A stretch of DNA of 64,000 bases from Candidatus Sumerlaeota bacterium. Its GTDB lineage: Bacteria; Sumerlaeota; Sumerlaeia; SLMS01; JAHLLQ01. Positions 57,097 to 64,000 of this stretch are shown here, piece by piece. Below the pieces are notes generated by a model. It worked only from the letters and a program-made list of their open reading frames with translations. It did no database searches and was not told where the DNA came from. The stretch lies in contig JASGMJ010000009.1 of the NCBI GenBank assembly GCA_030156535.1, positions 5,237-69,236 on the forward strand. The letters are read 5' to 3'. Each line of letters starts with the position of its first letter. The first letter of the stretch is position 1. The translations under genes were made by a program, and so were the position numbers.

Positions 57097-59246
57097 TGGA
57101 ACAACTCACTCAGAAACTCGGCTCCGGCGAGATGAAAATCCAGGAAGTCCCCGTTCCCCAACTTGGGGCGGGCGAAGTCCTCGTCCAGAATCATTATTCG
57201 CTCATCAGCAGCGGCACCGAAGGCTCCACCGTCAAGACGGCGCGCAAGGGACTCATCGGCAAGGCGAAGGAACGCCCGCAGCAGGTGAAGCAGGTCCTCG
57301 ACGTTTTGCGGAAACAGGGACCCGTCCAGACCTACCGCGCTGTGATGAAGAAGCTGGAAGCGTACTCGCCGCTGGGCTATAGTTCCGCGGGCATCGTTGT
57401 CGACGTGGCCACCGATGTGCGTGGCATCGCCGTTGGCGACCGCGTGGCCTGTGCGGGTGTTGGCTATGCGAATCATGCCGAGTTCGTTGCCGTCCCCGAG
57501 AACCTTGTTGTCAAGCTCCCCGCCGATGCCGATCTCAAGCGCGCGTGCTACAACACGCTCGGCGCCATCGCGCTTCAGGGAGTTCGCCAGGCCGACCTGC
57601 GCCTGGGCGAGTCGTGCGTCGTGATCGGCCTTGGCCTCATTGGCCAGCTGACGTGCCTGATGCTGCGCGCCAGCGGTGTTCGCACGTTCGGGATCGACGT
57701 CGATCCCGCAGCAGCGCAGACGGCGCGCACGCATTGCGCCGACGAGGCATGGGCGCGCTCCGAGCCCGGCGTCGCCGAACGCATCGACGAACTCACCGGT
57801 GGCCTGGGCTCCGACGCCGTCATCATCACGGCAGGCACCAGCAGCCTCGACCCCATCAACTTTGCCGGACGCCTCGCCCGCAAGAAGGGGCGCGTCGTTG
57901 TTGTCGGTGCCGTTCCCACCGGCTTCGACCGCGATCCCCACTACTACCGCAAGGAACTCGATCTGCGCATGTCGTGCTCCTATGGGCCGGGACGCTATGA
58001 TCTCGACTACGAGGAGAAGGGGCTCGATTATCCGGCCGCTTATGTTCGCTGGACAGAGAACCGAAACATGCAGGCCTTCCAGCACCTCGTGCATTCAGGC
58101 TCACTCGATCTCGACTACCTTAGCACGCACGAGTTCGCCTTCGAGGAAGCCGCCGGTGCCTACGATCTGATCGTCGCACGCTCCGAGCCCTTTCTTGGCA
58201 TCGTTCTGAAGTACGACACGTCGAAGACGCTCAAGCGCGAGCCCATCGCACTCAGGGCCCCGCGCCCCGCAGGCCGCGTGCACCTCGCTTTCATCGGTGC
58301 GGGCAGCTACGCGCAGGGCAATCTGCTGCCGAATATTCCGGAGGATGGGAAGATCATTCGCCGGGGAGTCCTGACGAACTCTGGTACAACCTCCAAGCGT
58401 GTCGCAGAGCGCTTCTCCTTCGAGTTCTGTGCCGACCAGGAAAGCGACCTCCTGGCAAACGACACGATCGACACCATCTTCATCGCGACACGCCATGATT
58501 CCCACGCGGACTACGTTTTGAAGGCGCTGCGCGCGGACAAGCATGTCTTTGTGGAGAAGCCTCTTTGTCTTCGAGAGGACGAACTCGAAGAGATCAGCAC
58601 CGCCTTCGCCGACCGGGCCGCCGGCAAAAATCCCGCTCACCTCCTTGTCGGCTTCAACCGCCGTTTCGCTCCACTGGCCGTTGACCTCAAGAAGTCGCTC
58701 GGCAGTGGTCCGATGGCGATGATCTATCGGGTCAACGCGGGGGCGATTCCGCCCGATACGTGGATTCAGGATCCCGATATCGGCGGCGGCCGCATCGTCG
58801 GAGAAGGATGCCATTTCATCGACTTCCTCGCGTTCCTCTGTGGATCGCTGCCCGTGTCCGTTTCGGCAATGGCCGTGCCCGATCCCAACGCGCTCAACGA
58901 CACTGTCAGCATTTCGATCACCTTCGCGAATGGGTCGATCGGAACGGTTCACTACTTCGCCAACGGATCGAAGGAGTTGCCGAAGGAGTACGTCGAAGTC
59001 TACCAGGCGGGGCGCACGGGAATTCTCCGCGACTTCAAGGCACTCGAAATCTATGGGAGCGGCAAGCCGAAGAAGCAGAGCCTCGTGAATCAGGACAAGG
59101 GCCAGGCCGTAATGGTTCGACGTTTCATCGAAGCGATTTGCGACGGCGCCGACCCTCTGATTGCATTCGAAGAAATTGCCGCAGTGACCCGCGCCACCTT
59201 TGCCGCGCATCACTCGCTGCAGTCCAAGCAAACCGTCGTTCTCTGA
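57096..59246 (+). CDS. Bi-domain oxidoreductase: N-terminal Zn-dependent alcohol dehydrogenase (MDR) fused to a C-terminal Gfo/Idh/MocA dehydrogenase
   Basis: N-terminal GroES-like + Rossmann (VIGLGLIGQL), then a second Rossmann AFIGAGSYAQGN and an EKP motif (VFVEKPLCL). Confidence 0.8.
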   Translation: MEQLTQKLGSGEMKIQEVPVPQLGAGEVLVQNHYSLISSGTEGSTVKTARKGLIGKAKERPQQVKQVLDVLRKQGPVQTYRAVMKKLEAYSPLGYSSAGIVVDVATDVRGIAVGDRVACAGVGYANHAEFVAVPENLVVKLPADADLKRACYNTLGAIALQGVRQADLRLGESCVVIGLGLIGQLTCLMLRASGVRTFGIDVDPAAAQTARTHCADEAWARSEPGVAERIDELTGGLGSDAVIITAGTSSLDPINFAGRLARKKGRVVVVGAVPTGFDRDPHYYRKELDLRMSCSYGPGRYDLDYEEKGLDYPAAYVRWTENRNMQAFQHLVHSGSLDLDYLSTHEFAFEEAAGAYDLIVARSEPFLGIVLKYDTSKTLKREPIALRAPRPAGRVHLAFIGAGSYAQGNLLPNIPEDGKIIRRGVLTNSGTTSKRVAERFSFEFCADQESDLLANDTIDTIFIATRHDSHADYVLKALRADKHVFVEKPLCLREDELEEISTAFADRAAGKNPAHLLVGFNRRFAPLAVDLKKSLGSGPMAMIYRVNAGAIPPDTWIQDPDIGGGRIVGEGCHFIDFLAFLCGSLPVSVSAMAVPDPNALNDTVSISITFANGSIGTVHYFANGSKELPKEYVEVYQAGRTGILRDFKALEIYGSGKPKKQSLVNQDKGQAVMVRRFIEAICDGADPLIAFEEIAAVTRATFAAHHSLQSKQTVVL

Positions 59247-59273
59247 CCGTTTCGATTCGAGTTCACTTCTCCG

Positions 59274-61253
59274 ATGCCTTCTCTCTCATGGTACCGCCAA
59301 CGCCTCTCCGCGATGAAGCCCGCAGAGCTTCCATGGCGTCTGCGGCGCAAAATCGCTGCAGAAGCCGGGCGCTTTCGAACCTGGCCTCAGGCCGCTGATC
59401 TTGCACCCGCTGCCTTCTGGCGTAGCGGTGTTTCCCCCATGCAATTCGCGGCGGGAAATGACTCCCGCCTTCCGCATCGCCCCGGGGCAGAGGAACTTGC
59501 CGCGTGGCCAGCGGAATGGCGCGAGCGATGCATCGCCGAAGCCGAGGACGTTCTTGCCGGCCGCGTGACGTTCTTTCATCTCGACCGACACCAGCTCGCC
59601 GATCCCATCGATTGGTCACGTGATGAAGACAGCGGTCTCTCCGTCCCTGTTTTCTATTCCCCCAAGCTCGACTACCGGGATCCGGCGCGCGTAGGCGACG
59701 TCAAAATCATTTGGGAACTCAATCGCCTCCAGCACCTCGTGCGTCTGGGCCAGGCGTGGCTCCTGACACGCGACGAGCGTTTTCCTGCTGCGGCCTGCCG
59801 TCTTGTCGAATCATGGATCGCGGCGAATCCGTGGATGCACGGCATCAACTGGACAAGTGCCATGGAGGCCGGACTCCGCGCGCTCTCGCTCACGTTTCTT
59901 TTTGAATACATCCGCGACTGGCCCGGCATGGAAGCGCGCTTCGTGCAGTTGCTCGCCGCTTCCATCCATCAACATCTCTCATTCATCGACTCGCACTACT
60001 CGCTTCATAGTTCCGCCAATAATCATCTCGTGGCCGAAGCCAGTGGCGCCGCCGTTGCCGCCGCCTACTGGACGCCTTTGCGCAACGCCGCTGCCTGGCA
60101 CGAACGCGCGCGCGCACTTCTCGAACGCGAGATCATCAACCAAAACCACCCCGACGGCGTGAACAAGGAACAGGCGTTCCTCTACCAGTTCTTCGTCTTC
60201 GATCTTTTTCTCCTTCCAGCTCTTCAAGCCCGGCGTAGTGGCCGGGCTTTTTCGTCTGCGTATCACGAGCGGCTCGAACGCATGGCCGAGTTCCTCGCAT
60301 GGGTCACTGATGCGCGCGGCAATACCCCCAACGTTGGCGACCAGGATGACGGCCGGGCCCTGCAGCTGGCTGGTCCTCACGAGTCCACCTGGCCGTCGCT
60401 CTGCCATGCCGCTGGTTGCTTCTTCCAGCGGGCCGACTTCCTTCGGTGGGGGAGTGGCACGCTCGACGAGCGCAACGCCTGGCTCTTTCGCCCGGATGAA
60501 AAAGAACCTTACCTTGCTTTGTCCGCCCAGGCAGACGCCGCCCCGCCCCGGCGCACGCGTCTCTTTCCCGATGGCGGCTATGCCGTCCTGCGGGAGGGTG
60601 AAGGCGATTCCGAGTTTCTCGCCTTGTTCGATGTCGGACCGCATGGATGGCCTGCCACTGCTGCCCATGCTCATTGCGATGCCCTCTCGCTTATCGTGCA
60701 CATTGGCGGGCATCCCGTGCTGGTCGATCCAGGCACGCACTCCTATCGCGACGGCAAGTGGCGTCGTTTTTCTCGCTCCGCTGCCGCGCACAACACGGTG
60801 GCCTTTTCTGGCACCGAGCAGGCGGAATATCTGAATCGTTTCATGTGGGGTCGTCAGCCCTCTATCACTCTAGGCGAATGGACGAATGATGATAAGGGTG
60901 TTTCCGTGGCCGCTTCAGTGGTCTGGCATACGGGCCAGCGGCACACGCGCCAGGTCGAGTTTTGCCCCCGCCAAGGGCGTCTCACTGTCAGTGACAGCTG
61001 GTCAGGGGCGGGCTCCGCAGTCTCTCTTGGATGGTTGCTCGCCACTGACGTAAAGGCACTTGGCTCTGATGAGGCACTCCGAATCTCCGTCGGAACGCGG
61101 GAGTGCATTCTCCATTTCGAGGGAGCAACTCCGCAACTGGTCGCGGCGCTTCACTCCCCGGTTTGCTATCGGTTCCGCGAGACCAGCAGGTACCAGGCGG
61201 AATTGGAGACAAATCAGACATCAACTATAACGGAGTTTATTTGTCCTGCATAA
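59274..61253 (+). CDS. Heparinase II/III-like (alginate-lyase-superfamily) protein
   Basis: ~660 aa. Alpha/alpha-toroid-like N-terminal half (NWTSAMEAGLRALSL, HSSANNHLVAEA), then HAHCDALS...VDPGTHSY...AAHNTV typical of heparinase II/III C-terminal domains. Confidence 0.6.
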   Translation: MPSLSWYRQRLSAMKPAELPWRLRRKIAAEAGRFRTWPQAADLAPAAFWRSGVSPMQFAAGNDSRLPHRPGAEELAAWPAEWRERCIAEAEDVLAGRVTFFHLDRHQLADPIDWSRDEDSGLSVPVFYSPKLDYRDPARVGDVKIIWELNRLQHLVRLGQAWLLTRDERFPAAACRLVESWIAANPWMHGINWTSAMEAGLRALSLTFLFEYIRDWPGMEARFVQLLAASIHQHLSFIDSHYSLHSSANNHLVAEASGAAVAAAYWTPLRNAAAWHERARALLEREIINQNHPDGVNKEQAFLYQFFVFDLFLLPALQARRSGRAFSSAYHERLERMAEFLAWVTDARGNTPNVGDQDDGRALQLAGPHESTWPSLCHAAGCFFQRADFLRWGSGTLDERNAWLFRPDEKEPYLALSAQADAAPPRRTRLFPDGGYAVLREGEGDSEFLALFDVGPHGWPATAAHAHCDALSLIVHIGGHPVLVDPGTHSYRDGKWRRFSRSAAAHNTVAFSGTEQAEYLNRFMWGRQPSITLGEWTNDDKGVSVAASVVWHTGQRHTRQVEFCPRQGRLTVSDSWSGAGSAVSLGWLLATDVKALGSDEALRISVGTRECILHFEGATPQLVAALHSPVCYRFRETSRYQAELETNQTSTITEFICPA

Positions 61254-61522
61254 CCTCATTGTCCGCTTGCGCCTGTTTGTTCGCTTCAAGTAGGCGCTTC
61301 ATTGAAAACACATTTTTGTGTCACAAGTTAGCACTGGACACGCGGGAAATGCTTCCACTAATGTCCGCTCCACTATTGAGTTAGCACTTGGTCACTAACC
61401 CACATAACGTTCCTACAAAGCAATGAACCTCGGTTAACGTCAGTGCAGGGTGGCGAAAGACCCGGCTGCTCTACACCAATTCAGAATCAATCGAATCACG
61501 GACAGGCGGGCGGCTATGCCTG
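61254..61522. promoter_or_regulatory. Lower-GC intergenic region with a direct repeat AGTTAGCACTGG / AGTTAGCACTTGG and the partial palindrome GTTAGCACTTGGTCACTAAC. Probable promoter/operator for the wecG-wecB unit.
   Basis: Seen directly. The TTAGCAC core recurs in other intergenic sites (12786, 30022). Confidence 0.3.
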
Positions 61523-62455
61523 TTGTTCACTATGGATCAAGCCTCAGGGTGGTGCATACAAATGTCAGCGAATAACACATCTTACTACACCAGTACGGCA
61601 ACGCCGATGCCTGTCGGGATGATGTCCTCGGCATCGCTTGAAGGTTTCTCCAGTTCGGCGGTTATCACCCCGGGCTTTCGCCGCGAACGCGTTCAGGGGC
61701 ACCCCGAGAACACTGGCACGCTCCTGCCCGACAACGTTGATGTGCACGGCATTCCCGTCACGATGTTCGACAGCTATGAGCACGCGGTGCGCTGCGTGCG
61801 CGACCGCATCAATGCCGGACGCAAGACGTTCTGCGTGGCCATCAATCCCGAGAAGATTTTCGGGGCCCATCGCAAGCCCGTGTTGCGCGACATTCTCCTC
61901 AAAGCCAACATGCACATTTGCGACGGCGTCGGCGCTGCCATTGCCGCTCGTTTGCTCCATGGCGAGCGTCTTCCCCGCATCACGGGCGTCGGCTTGTTCA
62001 CGGAGTTGATGAAGGCCGCTCCCCGCGAGCGCTGGTGCATCTACCTGCTTGGCGCTTCGCCCGAGGCAAACGAAGGCGCGCGGCGCAGGCTGGAGCAGGA
62101 TCACCCCGGCATCCGCATTGTCGGTGCACGCGACGGATTCTTTGAGTCCAACGAAGAAGTCGTCCGCGACATCAACGACAGTGGTGCCCACATGCTCTTC
62201 GTTGCGATGGGATCACCCAAGCAGGAACAGTGGATCATCGACAACTATGAGCGCCTTGACACGACTTTCATGATGGGAGTCGGCGGAACATATGACGTTG
62301 TCAGTGGCCGCGTGAATCGCGCGCCCGCCTTCTTCCGCAAGACCGGCACAGAATGGCTTTACCGCCTTTTGTCCCAGCCCAGCCGCTGGCGCCGCCAGAC
62401 GGTACTTCCTCGTTTCGCCCTTCTCACGCTTAAGGCCAAGCTCTCGTTCAAATGA
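61523..62455 (+). CDS. WecB/TagA/CpsF-family glycosyltransferase (GT26, N-acetylmannosaminyl(uronate) transferase-like). The start is probably an internal Met.
   Basis: VHGIPVTMFDSYEHAV...FCVAINPEKI...HICDGVG...LLGASPE..MGSPKQEQW pattern of the GT26 WecG/TagA family. Confidence 0.8.
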   Translation: MFTMDQASGWCIQMSANNTSYYTSTATPMPVGMMSSASLEGFSSSAVITPGFRRERVQGHPENTGTLLPDNVDVHGIPVTMFDSYEHAVRCVRDRINAGRKTFCVAINPEKIFGAHRKPVLRDILLKANMHICDGVGAAIAARLLHGERLPRITGVGLFTELMKAAPRERWCIYLLGASPEANEGARRRLEQDHPGIRIVGARDGFFESNEEVVRDINDSGAHMLFVAMGSPKQEQWIIDNYERLDTTFMMGVGGTYDVVSGRVNRAPAFFRKTGTEWLYRLLSQPSRWRRQTVLPRFALLTLKAKLSFK

Positions 62456-63591
62456 AAATTGTCAACATTGTCGGTGCACGACCCAACTTCATGAAAATCG
62501 CCCCCATTATGGAGGCGTACCGTTCAGTACCCGAACTCACTCCGATCCTCGTCCACACTGGTCAGCATTACGACGAGCGGATGAGCGATTTGTTCTTCCG
62601 CCAGCTTGGCATTCCCCGCCCTGACATCAATCTTGGAGTCGGCTCTGGCAGTCATGCCACCCAGACAGCCGAGATCATGAAGGCCTTCGAGCGCGTCGTC
62701 CTCGAGGAAGAGCCCGACGCTCTCCTCGTCGTTGGCGATGTCAACAGCACCATCGCCTGTGGACTCGTCGCGGTGAAGCTCGGCGTTCCTCTTATCCACG
62801 TCGAAGCAGGTTTGCGCAGCGGCGACCGCTCCATGCCCGAGGAGATCAACCGCATCCTCACCGATGCGATCACCGACCTCTTCTTCTGCACCGAGCAGGG
62901 AGCCATCGACAACCTGGTCCGCGAGGGACACGATCCCAGCCGCATCCACTTTGTCGGCAATGTGATGATCGACACCCTGCTCAAGAATCTCGACCGCGCG
63001 CGCCAGTCCACCATTCTCGACGACCTCTCGCTCGATGAACGTGGCTACGCCGTTCTCACGCTCCACCGTCCTTCCAACGTCGACAACCACGCCACGCTCA
63101 CGGGACTGCTCGATTCCGTTGAGGAAATCCAGCGCGATCTCCCCGTCGTCTTCCCCATTCATCCCCGCACCCGTGCCCGCCTTGCCGAGAACGGCCTGGG
63201 AGCGCGCATGGAGGCGATGCCCGGCCTGCGCGTGATCGACCCCGTTGGCTATCTCGATTTCCTGCGCATTCTCGCTGGCGCCCGGGTTGTCCTCACGGAT
63301 TCCGGCGGCATCCAGGAGGAAACGACGATCCTCAAGGTGCCCTGCCTTACCCTGCGCGAGAACACCGAGCGCCCGATTACCGTGCAAGCCGGCTCCAACC
63401 AGATCGTTGGCACCTGCCCCGAGCGAATCCTGCAGGCCTATCGCTCCCTGCCCGCCGACTCCGGGAGCACCTGCGGCACGCCTCCCTTGTGGGACGGCTC
63501 GGCGGCCACCCGCATCGTCCGGATCATCGCCGACACCTACTGCCCCGGCAGCGCAGAAGCAGAGCCCGCGGCTGCCTCAAAGCCTTCCTGA
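62452..63591 (+). CDS. wecB: UDP-N-acetylglucosamine 2-epimerase (non-hydrolysing)
   Basis: MKIVNIVGARPNFMKIAPI..., HTGQHYD, DVNST and HVEAGLRS motifs. Confidence 0.9.
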   Translation: MKIVNIVGARPNFMKIAPIMEAYRSVPELTPILVHTGQHYDERMSDLFFRQLGIPRPDINLGVGSGSHATQTAEIMKAFERVVLEEEPDALLVVGDVNSTIACGLVAVKLGVPLIHVEAGLRSGDRSMPEEINRILTDAITDLFFCTEQGAIDNLVREGHDPSRIHFVGNVMIDTLLKNLDRARQSTILDDLSLDERGYAVLTLHRPSNVDNHATLTGLLDSVEEIQRDLPVVFPIHPRTRARLAENGLGARMEAMPGLRVIDPVGYLDFLRILAGARVVLTDSGGIQEETTILKVPCLTLRENTERPITVQAGSNQIVGTCPERILQAYRSLPADSGSTCGTPPLWDGSAATRIVRIIADTYCPGSAEAEPAAASKPS

Positions 63592-63843
63592 CGCCTCTCC
63601 CTTCGCCGCACCGGCACGCACAAGCCGGAATCCGCCTCTCACCTCCTCTTTTCGCTTGAAGAGCCCCCCGAGCACCCACTAAACACCTCCTCCCTTGCCG
63701 GGAAGCTCTCACGCAACATTGCACCATTCGCGCAACCGGCATCGCCCGGGAGAACCACCTGCCACTCCGGCAGTGGCGCCCTCCCTCCACAACGGCCCCG
63801 ACCACGGCCGCCATTCACGGAGTTCGACTCGAAGGAGCACCCA

Positions 63844-64000
63844 GTGTCCGACAATCCTGCTGAATCCGCCGCCACCATGGAAACAGACGGCGATACCCTT
63901 TCCGCCGTTCTCGACAAAAAGAACGAGCAAGTTCCCCACGAAGTGCTCGCCGCTGAGAACCTCGAAAACTCCCGCATCCGCTATTCCGTCAAAGTCCCCT
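63844..64000 (+). CDS. Hypothetical protein, 3' truncated by the window edge (GTG start preceded by a consensus SD AAGGAG)
   Basis: AAGGAG at 63832-63837, 6 nt before GTG 63844. The frame is open to the window end (VSDNPAESAATMETDGDTLSAVLDKKNEQ...). Confidence 0.35.
   Translation, partial: MSDNPAESAATMETDGDTLSAVLDKKNEQVPHEVLAAENLENSRIRYSVKVP

Noticed and set aside
56823-59231. Minus-strand ORFs 56823..58094 and 58101..59231
   Set aside because: They are antisense to the GT4 and bi-domain oxidoreductase genes.
1-64000. Mobile elements, integrases, transposases, toxin-antitoxin or defence-system genes
   Set aside because: None of the translated ORFs shows recognisable integrase/transposase/nuclease motifs. 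The lower-GC island lacks flanking direct repeats that I could identify.

Overview
This is a high-GC (~65%) bacterial chromosomal segment with tight ATGA-type translational coupling and no rRNA, tRNA, CRISPR array or transposase that I can see. It falls into three blocks.

(1) 1-17.7 kb: a carbohydrate-utilisation locus. It holds a secreted DUF4832-like hydrolase, an NAD-epimerase with a GNAT acetyltransferase, a sugar ABC transporter (SBP plus two permeases), a ROK regulator, and an operon with a Gfo/Idh/MocA oxidoreductase, a GHMP sugar kinase, two large secreted proteins of unknown function, and a GalT/HIT-like (HxHxQ) nucleotidyltransferase. Together these look like an undescribed Leloir-like salvage route.

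(2) 17.7-31.9 kb: mostly housekeeping genes. These are a proline-rich membrane protein, QueD, a GT-C-like membrane protein, the phoH-pgpH pair, a cNMP-binding protein, DJ-1/PfpI, Dtd, DUF58 plus a transglutaminase, KdsA and TruA.

(3) 31.9-63.6 kb: a ~32 kb polysaccharide (O-antigen/capsule-like) biosynthesis and export locus. It holds a NusG paralog, Wza, WecA, Wzc with a YGYGYG tail, two Wzy-family proteins, Wzx, WecB/WecC-like, UDP-GlcA 4-epimerase, three GT4 and one GT26 glycosyltransferases, CapA, an AsnB-like amidotransferase, a bi-domain oxidoreductase and a heparinase II/III-like protein. Most strikingly, it carries a dedicated MurA-MurB paralog pair. A compositionally distinct lower-GC island (~50.3-57.1 kb, Wzy ~45% GC) sits inside it.

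Several recurrent intergenic motifs are reported. They are GCTTAGCACGGG + GCGACGCAACCC, TAAATTTAAT, a TTGCATATGCAA nested palindrome and spaced CGGAACC repeats. Two bidirectional rho-independent terminators at convergent gene ends are also reported.

Everything rests on reading the sequence and ORF translations by eye. No database searches were run. Family assignments come from recognisable motifs and should be confirmed with HMM or BLAST searches.
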